Under the pieces are notes generated by a model that ran no database searches, was not told where the DNA came from, and worked only from the letters and a program-made list of their open reading frames with translations. DNA of 58,498 nt, the filler included, from Dugesia japonica (taxonomy: Eukaryota), in assembly GCA_001938525.1 (NCBI GenBank). It is 6 parts of 6 records of this genome, joined end to end, with 100 filler letters (N's around TTAATTAATTAA, not from the genome) between each part and the next. Parts side by side here need not be neighbours in the genome. Positions count along the whole stretch, not along the records: positions 9,559 to 18,434 come from MQRL01612045.1; positions 18,535 to 27,437 come from MQRL01637634.1; 4 more parts are not named here. One strand, given 5' to 3'. The position numbers and the translations under genes are program-made. This document shows, piece after piece, positions 10,231 to 22,549 of the stretch. Numbering within the stretch: the stretch's first letter is position 1; each line of letters opens with the position of its first letter.

Positions 10231-12709
10231 GATATCATAACACAAAGGGTGATACTAAGGAAGATAGAAGAAGTGACAACATCGATGAGAGTAACCATAA
10301 GCAGTAATGTATGCTGATGATGACGCTACTCATGGTGTTAATGGTAATGATGATAACGAAAGTCACCACGGGAATGAATAAGGCTAGCTAGTATAGTAGT
10401 GGAGTAAATCTAACTACGATCCGAGTATCGTTAAGTAACTGAAAAATTAAAGGGGAATTTATATCAGGCATAAAATGAACCAATAAATCTTCATTTTAGG
10501 CTAATCACAATCTCATAATCAGGCAACTAATAATAATAATCGAGCATGTGAATTGTCTGTGTCGTATGACATCGACATCGCTCATAATAAGCAATCATGT
10601 TACTGAATGTTTTTTGGAATCGCTAGTTATTTCAGCACAGCGATATTACTGTGATGACAAACGTTGCCTGACCAACAATAGTCCTGACCATAATTGCTTC
10701 ACAACTAACTATCTGTCGAGCTGAAATCAATACCATATCTAACAATTTCGAAAATATTCTAACTATGCACACAAAAAGTACGAGCAAAAGATGTGTAATC
10801 GCAAAAAGATTTTACTTGTCGCCTATTTACATTAGATAATCATAACTCACTTTTTGCACATGAGGGGGAGAATACTTTTTGAAAGTTTTAAAATAAGTAA
10901 GAATACTATCATCAAAGTCACGAAACTTAATTTTGACTTCGAAAAAGTAAAAAAACATGGTCAAAAATCTTAAAGATGCTTAACCGACACCAATAAAAAA
11001 TTTTTTTTTTATAATTTTGATACAAATTTATTGATTCAAGTACTATTTGATGCAGAATATTTTGTAATTGTAAATTGTAATAAATTAATTGTATTTATAA
11101 AATAAATGCTCCAAAGTTTAATTCGTCATTAAGTTAAAGTTAGCAAATTAATTGTAAATGAAGCAATAAAATTATAATTAAATTCGAATTTCTCAAGTTA
11201 AATTATATTAAAAGCATACATTATTAATAATGTAAGTGTCTCACTTGGAGTTTATGTTTTAATTCTAGGACCGCGGGGTCGGTCACCCAGTGGAATCCAA
11301 CTAAAAATTTAATCTAGCGTCACAGGACTAAAAACCCTTAATTGGAGTGCTGGTCTGCATTTCTTTAGTTTCGGTCATATAAATTCCTTCTATTATTAGA
11401 ATTTGTAAAAAGATGAATATAATAAAACGATTGAAATGCTTATGTTTATTCAGAATCATTCAGACAGTTTATCTTATACTGGATGTTCGGATTTAATATA
11501 GAATGCTGTCGCATCATCTTGATCGTCCTAATAATTGATCGTTAGTGTGCTGTGCCTGTCGGTCAGATCCGCGATATATTGCGTTAAGAACGCTATTTTA
11601 CGGAATAGTCTATGTGTGGTGGAGTTGGCAATGGTCAATTGCTTCTCGATTTCGAGTTGCTTAATGATTTTCTTCTTTCGCTCTGAGCAATATATACTCG
11701 CGTTGCGTATGATTATGGCGTTCTACCCAAAGCCCGTGCAATATTCAGTGTATGTATGTATGTAGACTGTGTGGTGACCGATTTGTAGAAACTATAAATT
11801 AATAAGATGAACCAATGATACTAACAAAATTATACTTTTAGTTTAAACAAGAGAAAATACACGAGACGAGATATTTAACTTTCTTTACAGTGTAAGGAAT
11901 TAGTTCAGCGTTTAGTTTGCCTTGTCTTATCCATTAAAAATAGGTTCTAGGGGTATCCGTGCCGTCAATTTTAGAATATCTTTGACTAGTTGATTTTTTC
12001 GATCATACAATTGCTTTATCAGTGTGACGAACGAGTCCAGTTGAGCTTTCCAGAGCCGTTCTTATGCATTGGAGCACTCTGTTTCTTCCATATATTCCCA
12101 GCAGCCTTTTTTATAAAGCGGCTTTTTACTTTATGTGGCGCAACAAGATTCGTTTGAATCTTTTAGCATAATAACGTTTTAATAGAAGTCCGCGCAATAA
12201 CTTGTGACAGTGACGTAGTCTCCGTGGTAGTTGAATTCGAGACACTAAAAGGAACAAGATTAATTGTGTAACAGTGACAAGCTTTAATTATGCGAAAACA
12301 CGAATTAATAAATCAGCACAAAAAGGAAAGTTTTATTTATAAAATAAACCATCAATTCCGTGTTGGTGTTACTTTATCTAATAATAAGGGTTTTAACGGC
12401 ACTCGTTTCTGAAATTCTAACACGGCAGTAGGTAGAGAATAAGGACATGAAGCCTAGTTTTTTTAACCTTTTTATAATATTAAAAATGAAAATTTTCTAA
12501 TGTGCCATTTTCTANNNNNNNNNNNNNNNNNNNNNNNNNNNNNNNNNNNNNNNNNNNATTTTCTACAAAAAACTAGAATTGCGAAATTTTTCATTTTCTA
12601 TAAAAAAAATTCCTCTTAAAGAGGATACCCTCATTTTTTATCTTTTTTCATGGCTTTAAAAAAAGGCTTCAAAAATTTTATAAATATAATTAAAATTTAT
12701 ATTTAATAA

Positions 12710-15700
12710 ATGACAGCAATAATAATCAAATGTAACATTTGTAATAAAATATTTAAACGACAATCGGGTCTTGCAACCCATATAAAAAATTGTGGTAAAA
12801 GAAATTATAGATACAAGTGTGTAAGATGTAAGGATAGATTTTTAACACAAGCCGATCACGACCAACATGTAAACGCAAATGTTTGTGTGAATTTATATTG
12901 TTACATTTGTTAGAAAAAATTCCTAATCAAGAAAAAGCGAAAAAACATTATAATAAACCAATCCATCGAAAAATTGAAGAGGATTATACTTATGATTTAT
13001 TTCAAGAACTTCCTCATGAAATAATCGATAAAAAAAATAGAAGATTTTTTTTCTGGTCCTGAATATAAAGATTATAGTATTGAGTTATTAGATGATTCAG
13101 GAATTTCTTTAAAAAGATATGTTGATTCTCCTAATTTAAAAAGTAAAGAATTTTATTATCGAAAAAAGATTGAAAAAATTATTACTAAATTTTTTAATTT
13201 TGGAAAAAGAACTCATGTTGATATTGCAGTTGAGGCTAATTATACAAAAATTTCGGGAGGTGCTAAAAGCGAAAGAAATTATAGATCAAATTCAGATAAT
13301 AAAAAAATATCAGTAAAAGAAAACATTCCTGAGATTACAAAAGATTTAATAACAGATTTAAAAACACAAATTAATGGAGAAAAAACAGAAAGTATTTGGA
13401 CATTAGAATTTATAGTTTATCATAGAGTAAGACTTGGAATTTATAAATCATTAGCCGGGGAACATGTGAAAAATTACCATTTATTAAAAAAGGAATTATA
13501 AATATTGAAAACCATGATAATAAATGTTTTCTTTGGTCAGTTTTAGCACACAAGCATGAATTTGAACATCCAACACGAGTAAGTCAATATAAAAAACATA
13601 TAAACGAATTTGATTTAACAGGTGTAAATTTTCCACCAACAATTGATGATATAAAAAGATTTAAAAAAAATAATGGTTGGCAAGTTAATGTTTTTAAAAT
13701 TGAAGATAACAATAAAATTCCTGAATCTTTACACATTTCTCATTTTCTTTTTAAACCATCACGTAATGAAAAAAAATGTAATTTATTACTTTATAATAAT
13801 CATTATGTCCTTTGTAGAAATTTAAATACACTTGTTAGTTATCACGGAAGCGAAAAAAGTATGTGTTTAAATTGTATGAATGCTTATTCCTCGGAAAATA
13901 AAGTTTATAGACATCAAGAAGAGTGTGTTCATCACAAACCAGCAAAAACTAATTTTGAAAAAAAGAATTTCATGAATTTATAGATTATAATTTTATGATA
14001 AAAAATCCATTTGCAATTTATGTAGATTTTGAGGCATTCACCGACACTAAAGATAATAAACAAAAACCAATTGCACTTGGTATTTATTTTGTAAGTAATC
14101 AACAAGATTTAATAGAAACTTATTATATAAAATTCACAGGTAACAATGTGATAAATGATTTTTTAAAATATTTAGAAGATTTAAGTGAAAAAATTGAAGA
14201 GCTTCTTGAAACAAATTTTGTTGAAAAATATCCTAAAATTTTAAAAGATGAATGTTTTTACTGTAAGAAAACACTAGGCGAAAATACAGAAGAAGTTTAT
14301 AATTTTTTCAGTGGAGAATTTATTGGAGGAGCTCNNNNNNNNNNNNNNNNNNNNNNNNNNNNNNNNNNNNNNNNNNNNNNNNNNNNNNNNNNTTTTCATA
14401 ACGCATCTGGTTATGACAATCATTTATTTTTTCGAGAACTTATAGAAAAACATCAAGATCTAATAAAAGGAATTATACCACACACCGATGAAGAATATAT
14501 TTCATTTTTATTTAAAAAAATTCGATTTTTAGATTCTTACAGGATGTGTAGCCCAGGCACATCAGTAGAAAAAATGGGTGAAACCTTAAAAAAAACTGGT
14601 AAATTTTCTCATTTAAAATCCATTAATTTAAAACCAAAAAAAATTCCATTTCCTTATGAATATTTAAAAAGAAACAATGCGAAAGAAGTTGAGCTATTAT
14701 TAAAAGGTAATTTAATACCCACAAAGGAAGATTTCTACTCTACATTAAGACAGAAAAAAAATAACTTTTAAAGATTATAAAGAATTTTTAAAAGAGTTTT
14801 TAAAGGAAAAAATATGTGGGATCACATGAAACCTTATTTAAAACTTGATGTTTTAATTCTTGCAGATTTCATGGAAAATCTTCGTGAAATTTCTATGGAA
14901 TATTATGGGATTGATTCATGCTTTTGCTACTCAGCTCCAGGACTTTCTTGGGTAACAGGAATAAAATTTACAGGAGCCAAATTAAGATATCCTAAAAAAG
15001 AAAGTTATGAATATTGTTTAAAAAATCAATGAGCAAGTCGAGGCGGAGTTTCTGCAGTAACTGGCGAAAGACAAGTTTTTCCATATAATAAAAATATAAC
15101 AGAAAGGAAATTTACAAAAGCACAAAAAGAAGAAATTGAAAAATGTTTAGAGCGAAGAGAAGAAATTCCAGAGAAATTTTTCAAAGAAACATTTTTAAAA
15201 TATTTAGATCAAAATTCTTTATATGCAACTTGCATGATAAGACCTCTTCCAATGGGTGACTGCATAGAATGTGAAGATTTAAGATATGAAAAATCAACAC
15301 AAGAGTATAATTTCATGTATGAGGTGGATTTAGGATACTATAAATCCACCTCATACATGAAATTATACTCTTATACCTGAAATTCACGAGAAAACGAGGT
15401 ATTTTCCTTTTGGACCAGAGAGCTTAAATATTCAAAAAAATATGGAAGCACCCTATCAACGAAAATTTAATAAAAACATTCAAAAGATAATACAAAATTA
15501 GTACTTTCACAATTTAATAAACTTCATTATTATCTGAAAGGAAGTACATTAGATTTTCATTTTTCTCAAGGAATGAAGTTGAAAAAAATTGATTATAAAG
15601 CAAAAGTTCCAACATCTTCATGGTTAAGACCATATATTCTTTTTAACATTGAAAAGAGAAATAAAGCAAAAAGAAATGGAGATGATTTTGCATCTGATTT

Positions 15701-16438
15701 TTTCAAGTTATTAAATAATTCATTTTTTGGAAAAACTCTTGAAGATGTTTTTAAAAGACAGTCTATAATATTTGTTACAAATGATGAAGAATTTCAAAGA
15801 ACATCAGCAAAATTATCATTTAGATATTTTAAAATATTTTCAAGACATTTAGCAGCAATGCACATGCAGCAAACTAATATTAAATATAATAAATTTCCAA
15901 TGATTGGTTTTGCTATTTTAGAATATGCGAAAGAGATTATGTATAATTTTGTATATGTTCAAATGCAACCATTAATTAGAACAGAAAATTATAAAATTCA
16001 CTACACAGACACAGATTCCCTTTTCGTGGAAATAACCGGGCAAGAAAATTTAGACAAGTTGTCAACACTATTTGGTAGCGAACTCCTTCAAATGAAGGAT
16101 GAAATGTAAAATGGTGAAATTACACATGCAGATTTTATAAGAGCAAACTGTTATGCTTTTAATTATATAGTAAATCATTTAATTGACTATTACAACAAAA
16201 GGGCGCATCAAAAACTAACGATGTGCAAATGGTGGATTATGATAAAATTTTAGAAGAGGCGCAACAAGTGATTTCAGGAATAAATTATAGTTTAAAATCC
16301 GATAGGCATGAAATAGAATTAACTTCTCAAGCAAAAATAATAATGACTGCTTATGATNATAAAGTTTTAATAGAGGATAATGGTATAATAACTTGGCCAC
16401 ACGGAAATCAATTTTACTGTTTTAGATGTGAAGCATGA
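12710..16438 (+). pseudogene. polB: Protein-primed family B DNA polymerase with N-terminal zinc fingers and OTU-like region (frameshifted)
   Basis: CxxC..H fingers at 12710-12970. IINIENHDNKCFLWSVLA and LLLYNNHYV at 13490-13815. ExoI PFAIYVDFEA; ExoII FHNASGYD; RFLDSYR; FPYEY; ExoIII YLKLDVLILADF; SAPGLSW; RGGVS; motif A YLDQNSLY; motif B KLLNNSFFGK; motif C YTDTDS. Confidence 0.95.
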
Positions 16439-16476
16439 CACTTTAGATTACATTTATTATGGGATGTTTTAGATTG

Positions 16477-17089
16477 TTAACCTGTTAATTTATTTAATTT
16501 AAATTTCGGATTTTCAATTTTTGATTTTAAAATTATTTCGTGAACTTCCCGAATCATATTTTTACNNNNNNNNNNNNNNNNNNNNNNNNNNNNNNNNNNN
16601 NNNNNNNNNNNNNNNTGTAGTAATTTCCTCGTCAGTTAAAATATTATCATTCAAGGCCTTTTGTTGAAATAGAAAAAGTTTATATTTAACCGTCTCTAAT
16701 TTTACAATAACATTGCTGTACTTCTTTTTCTTCTTTTGAATTAAAGATGAATTTAATGCACCAGTAATTGGAATTGAAGATCCTATTCCAGTTATTATGT
16801 GAAGATCAATTGTAGTATTTCTTATTCCAATAGGAGTTGCAAAAATTACACCAACAATGGCCACGCCGATTCCAATTATAATTTGAGCAACTTTTATGCC
16901 GTCATCGGCGGCGGTCCATTTTGATTAATATTTTCGATTATGTTTTATTTTATCATTTATAAAGTAAAGGTCATTTTCGAAATCTTTAATTCTTAAGGAT
17001 GAGAGTTTTGATTATAAGTCTTCAAGTGTATAATTACTAATTTCTTGCTGATAATTTTTTAAATCTGGGTACAATGTTTCGTCTGCCAT
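16477..17089 (-). pseudogene. Polinton/adintovirus two-hydrophobic-segment membrane protein (two internal TAA stops)
   Basis: MADETLYPDLKNY...; hydrophobic hairpin QIIIGIGVAIVGVIFATPIG...IITGIGSSIPITGALNSSLI; KKKKKY; C-terminal KALNDNILTDEE. I recognise this pattern from Polinton accessory membrane proteins. Confidence 0.7.
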
Positions 17090-17106
17090 TTTTCATAGTA
17101 AAATTT

Positions 17107-18283
17107 TCATAGTTCATCGAATATTTTTTTTCTTTCTTCTTTTGGACAACAATGAAGAATAATAAGGTTGTTAATATAAAGATTCGGTGGTAAAATTAAA
17201 TGAAAATTTTTTATCGATATGCTCGCCATTAAATTTCTCGTAAAAGTATCTTCTCCCAAAGAAGGATATTCACGCCCGCTTCTACCATCCGTTAAATTTA
17301 AAGAGTTTATTTCTAATTTAAATTTCCCAGGTTTAAAAGTAAAATCTACAATCTCATCAGAACCGACAAAATTAAAAATAATACTAATTTTAGGTGTTTT
17401 CGTATATCCTGAAATAAAAATGCATATTGGACCGGTAGCGATTTTTAATGAAAGATAACGTCTTAAAGGACCTTGAAGAAAAAAATATAATATTTTTTCA
17501 TTAGAATATTTCCAAAAACCATTTATTATTACTTTTTCTAAACATCCGCGATCTGAGTGTTCTGTATAATAGGGAAATTTATTATTATCTTTAATGAAAA
17601 AAAAACATTTTAAAAAATATAAATCCAACGATGGAAATATCACACCAAAATAAATAATTATTAAGTAATTCTTTTATTTTTTCTAATGGCAGCAGAGATT
17701 TTGTTTTTTTATATATTTCTAAATTTTCATTAATTTTAATTTTATGTTTTTCACTAAGATGTGCTTTATCTTTTCAAATTCATCTAGTAAAGGAAATAAT
17801 GGATCATTTTGTTTTTTTATAATAGAAATTTCTTCACCACTAGTTTTTTTTTAAAAGTTCAATTTTGTTTTTTAAACCTTTAACATCGTTTTTTAATTCT
17901 GGATTAATTTGTTTTTTTAAATTTTCAACATCATCTTTTATTTGGAAGAAAAACTTGAAAATAAATTTTTTGAGAAATTTAAAATTTACTAGATTTTCTT
18001 CTTCTTTAGGGTCACTAACCAATTTAAATTTATCAATTTGATTTTTTAAAAATTTTAAATTTTCTTCATTATTAGATTTAAATTTATTTTTGAGAAATTT
18101 TAAATTGACTGCATCCAGGTCATCTTTAGGCTCGTCTAGAATTTTTAAGGATTGAATAGCATCACCAGTTTCATTTACAAATCTTTTTTCATTGGTAGAA
18201 TCTTGTATTCTTAGTTTACTAGAAATTATATTTAAGAGTTTGGTGTTATTCATCGTTTGTGGGCTTTCTCCAAATATATTCAT
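17107..18283 (-). pseudogene. Putative virion fibre/spike gene (shaft ORF 17840-18283 and beta-rich ORF 17107-17643, probably one frameshifted gene)
   Basis: MNIFG start; FVNETGD; two neck-like repeats EPKDDLDAVNLKFL and DPKEEENLVNFKFL followed by coiled coil. The ATG is separated from the protease stop by 4 nt. Confidence 0.55.
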
Positions 18284-18287
18284 TTAT

Positions 18288-18434
18288 TTAAGCAATAATA
18301 TCATCAAAAGATTTTTCTGGAAAACTATAAAGAAAATAAATACAAAGCACACCACAAATACTTGTTTCAAAAAGTTGAACCTGAATTACATTAAATTTTT
18401 CAACATGGTGATCAAGATCTTTATGAAATGGTTT
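18288..18434 (-). CDS. C-terminal part of adenain/Ulp1-like capsid maturation cysteine protease (5' end lost at contig break)
   Basis: Manual translation KPFHKDLDHHVENFNVIQVQLFETSICGVLCIYFLYSFPEKSFDDIIA* contains the Q-x5-6-CG-x2-C oxyanion/catalytic Cys motif. Confidence 0.85.
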   Translation of the reverse strand, partial: KPFHKDLDHHVEKFNVIQVQLFETSICGVLCIYFLYSFPEKSFDDIIA

Positions 18435-18534
18435 NNNNNNNNNNNNNNNNNNNNNNNNNNNNNNNNNNNNNNNNNNNNTTAATTAATTAANNNNNNNNNN
18501 NNNNNNNNNNNNNNNNNNNNNNNNNNNNNNNNNN
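18435..18534. other. Artificial contig spacer
   Basis: 44N-TTAATTAATTAA-44N. Confidence 0.97.
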
Positions 18535-20147
18535 TTATTTGTCCGTAAGTTTTTTTATAATCATAGTATTTGTTTAAATAATTTTACAATTACAATTATT
18601 ACTATAAGAATTGTTGAACTTTTTTTTATTTATTAATTAATTATTAATTATTATTAATTTATTAAACATAATCCAAAGAGTTCAAAGCTTTTAAAATAAT
18701 TTTTTTAATTCAATTTTTACTTATAATATTTTATAATTATAATTATTAAAATATTTCAATACAATGTATTCATCAAATGAATTGTTTTTATTTAAAGAAT
18801 AAAACAGATTAAAACAATAAATAAATTGGATTCAAGCTTTTTAGTAAAATATATTTATTTTCTATCAAATATTGACTATTTCAATAATTTGCTACATATA
18901 CTGAATGTAATATTTATATATCAGATATCATGTTTTAGTCTATGTAAACAAATCATGAGATAATGTAGACAAATTACTTCAGTTGATTGTATATATTAAG
19001 ATATTTCATTTTATTTTCTTAACGTTGCAAGCTCTTCAAATGCATTCAAATTCATTATTTCTAATCAGGAATATTCAATTTTTGAAAAAAAGTAGGATTT
19101 TATTTTTCTTTTCAGATGTTAAAGTATTTAATTAAAATATTTGTTTTATATTAATCGTTTTGAAAAGTCGACTTTACACTTAAAATTTAATTTTTATTAA
19201 TATTCACGATTATTGAAATTATTAATTCTTAATTTTATTTTATCTATATTTTCACAAATATTTTATAAGAAACCTAATATTAAATTATTTTTTGAAAATA
19301 GCTTAACAAACCTCCTAATTTTCAATATTCTCTGTATAGAACATTTGAAATTTTTTGAAAGTAAATCAAAACTTTTGTTTTTTTGCAGTAAATGTTTTCT
19401 ATTATATGACAACTTTTTCTCAAGTTGTTTGAAAATTTAGATTGTGTAAAATAATTATGTTTAATTAACTAACAGAACAGTTCAGCAAAACATTTCTACA
19501 TATATATAGCATTAAATTTTCATCTTTCCAAGTTAATGTGTGTTAAAAATTATTTCTCTAGCCAAGCCGAAGAAAACGTATAGATTGTCTTCAAATTTAA
19601 ATTGGTAATAAAATTCATTTAATTCTAATGAAAATTGTATTGCAAAACATTAATTAAATAATATGCTTCGTAAAATAAATACAGTTGATTTAAAATTTTC
19701 ATTGTCATTGATAAAATTTTATCAGTCATTCTGGTTGGCAATATCAACTTTAAAAGAACAATAATTCTGTTTTATTCACTCATGCTTTCTTCTCTTTTCT
19801 TTGCTTTGGTATGTATGCATTCGACATTTAATAATTGTGTTCTCTGTATATGCGGAACTTCTACAAATCGGATTTGCATATCTCCATCATTTTAAACACA
19901 GTGTATGAGTCGACTGGACAGTTCTCTAGAATTGAAACTGGAAAGGAAAAAATATCTAACCTTCTTTGTAAAAGAGAGATGCCTATTCAAATAGCCGAAA
20001 AGACAACATAATTTTTCACAAACAATCTAATCGGGTTAGAAGGAAAACTTGTTAGCCAGATTGAATGATGAAGTCAGTGAAATCAATTCGTACTTTGTAG
20101 TATTTATCCATCAGCTGATTGATGTAATATGTTCATATTTTTGATTT

Positions 20148-20680
20148 GATTTTCGTTTGTGGTGAGATTTTTACTTTCGTATCTTCATGTGAAATTTATA
20201 ACCGGATCAATTGATTTCAATAAGCGAATTACATCATATTATTGATGTAAATTTATCAACTTTTCAAAATGATGTTTTTTAAGCCGTTTATACGATGGAA
20301 AAAAGTTTGTTTTAATTTTAAGGATTTAATTTTTTCCTGATTTTAGTAAATTTCTATAAATATATTAATGTTTTAGGAGCTAGAATCAAAATCTTCGACA
20401 AAATGGTTATCTGAATTTCCTACAGACGATGTGATAATGGAAAGTGAAGGCAAAAGTAAACGAAATACGAATACTAAATTTACCGGATGTAGTATGCCCC
20501 ATATTCCTTCAAGCATTCCTATAGAAAATGAAAAAAATTATCGTGGTAAACTTTTTATTTTAAATTTATTTAAAATTATTTAATTGTTAAAACTTTTGCC
20601 TCTTTTGAAGAAAATTAAATATCTTATTATGATATATTATAAAAGCCTAAGAAACTTTTCACAGAAAAATATAATTATCC

Positions 20681-20743
<63 letters not shown>

Positions 20744-21256
20744 ATTAATTAATTAATCAAGTTTTTCCCCAAAATCGATTTGTTGATTAATACGAGAATC
20801 ATTAATAAATTAGTTCTATATCGTTATATGTTGCTTAATTTAATTAAATTATTTAATTTTTAATGACTTATAATTTATGAAAATAATCATATTTAAAGAG
20901 GATTAAATATCATCATAATTAGTTTCATGTTTTTTCTAATTTAAACTCTATATTTGTGAAATATTATATTATATTTTTTGAACTTTTGATCTTTTCTTTA
21001 GCTGTAAGTCAATATTTTTCTTATTTGTAAATACATTGATTTTATGTTTGCAATTATATAAATACACAAAATTTAAAATCTAACAAATAATCACTTTTTT
21101 GTGTCGTTCAGTATTCCAATTGTGGAATGTCATAATGTCAGCATTAGTTTAAGATAAATATTAATTTTCTATAATATTTTATTTTACATTCAATATAAAA
21201 AATAACAATTTATTCCTTCAGAAATTGAAGAATTTGGAATTTTACATAAAAATTGA
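20148..21256 (+). CDS. Probable 3' exons of a host gene or pseudogene (~20148-20304, 20377-20545, 21222-21256)
   Basis: GT-AG introns 20305-20376 (phase 0) and 20546-21221 (phase 1) give a continuous frame ...NDVFKPFIRWKK|ELESKSSTKWLSEFPTDD...NEKNYR|EIEEFGILHKN*. The upstream frame is interrupted by stops. Confidence 0.5.
20685..20745. repeat. (TTA)n microsatellite
   Basis: Read directly from the sequence. Confidence 0.95.
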
Positions 21257-21618
21257 ATTTCCTGATACTTCATTATTATCTCATATCATCCACAAAGTAA
21301 TGTTTTTTTGAGATTTTTTATTAAAAAACATAAATATCATTGTTTTTGGTGACATTTTTCGTTTTTTCAACATTAGTTTTCTTATTTTTGATTTGTATAA
21401 TTTGGTAATTTTATTTAATTTATTTTTTAAAATTTTTATTGATTGTGAATATTATTTGTAATGAATGTTTATCATTGATTTTATTAATAATATTTTTAAT
21501 TGGATTTATTTTTAATTAACATTTCTTTATGTTCTTTGTTTATGTAATATGTAAGTATAGTTTATGTTTATAGGGTTCTTGAATTATGATTAAGTATTGA
21601 TTTGCATATTATGTTTAA

Positions 21619-22549
21619 CTCTTTNNNNNNNNNNNTTTTTTTCTGTATGACATACCAGTAACCCCAGCGTATTTTTATGCGATTTCGAGAAAATATCCAA
21701 GATTTTAGACAACATTTAATTGAAAGAAAATATCAAGTTATTATGTAAATGGACATTTAAATGTTTAGTTATATGTATAAATTAAGTTATTTAGGCAAAA
21801 TAACAACAATTAGTGAATTTTTAAAATTTTAAAATCCCTTATAGTATGATAGCTGAAGAAACAATATCTCAAATAAAATATGTTCCAGGATTCAATGTTT
21901 TATGTATTTTCCTTTTTTCTTCCTCTGTAAGCACACCACACAAGCTCTTTTTGATTCTTTCCACAACACATGCATTTTGCCATCCAGTCGTACTTCAGAA
22001 GAAGAATTAGATGGCCTGCTTTGAGGATCACGAAAATCTCCAACTAGTTGATTTACCAGAAGTTTTACCAATTTCAAGTGATTCAAAGGATTTTCATTAT
22101 TTTCTAATTTCATAGTTTTGTATATGATGTAAACGTTAATTGAACACAATTATATCCCCCAAAAGAAAAGTTTTCTCCAACATTTCAAAGATTTTCGAAG
22201 GAAGCAGTATGTGGATGCATATTGGTCTGAACGATCCCCTCCGCCGATAATTTTTGTGTAGCTCAGTACTACGACTGGTTTCTCTGTTACCAGTTTGACG
22301 TAACTTTTGATTACTCGGGAAACAGTTGACATCATAGCATTTCTGGAATTGCTGAGCATTGTTATTATTCTTTCGTCCTTCTAAATTGTGTACTAAATTT
22401 AACAACTTAAATGCGTTTGAATGGTAACAATTACAGTATAAAACCACAAATCGTGTTTAAATCTGATTTTACAAGTACGCAGAATTGTTTTAATATAAAC
22501 AATTAACATTTATATTATGGTGAATTAGTCGCCAACGGAGTGCAAAGGG
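21619..22549 (-). mobile_element. Internally deleted piggyBac (PGBD4-like), 931 bp
   Basis: TTAA|CTCTTT left end and AAAGGG|TTAT right end. Transposase C-terminus EKPVVVLSYTKIIGGGDRSDQY...RKSLKCWRKLFFW and Cys-rich tail RACVVC. Confidence 0.9.

Larger units (their letters stand above)
12710..18434. mobile_element. Endogenous Polinton/Maverick (adintovirus-like) remnant A, truncated by contig end
   Basis: pPolB (+) convergent with tightly packed membrane-protein, fibre-like and cysteine-protease genes (-). Confidence 0.92.

Noticed and set aside
9981-10298. Poly-Ile/poly-Asn ORFs on both strands
   Set aside because: Products of AAT/AAC low complexity.
10968-11000. Kolobok-like end TTAA|AGATGCTTAACC
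   Set aside because: No matching second end or coding evidence found.
12710-12913. Stand-alone host C2H2 transcription factor
   Set aside because: Coding signal continues through a stop and frameshifts directly into the pPolB N-terminal region.
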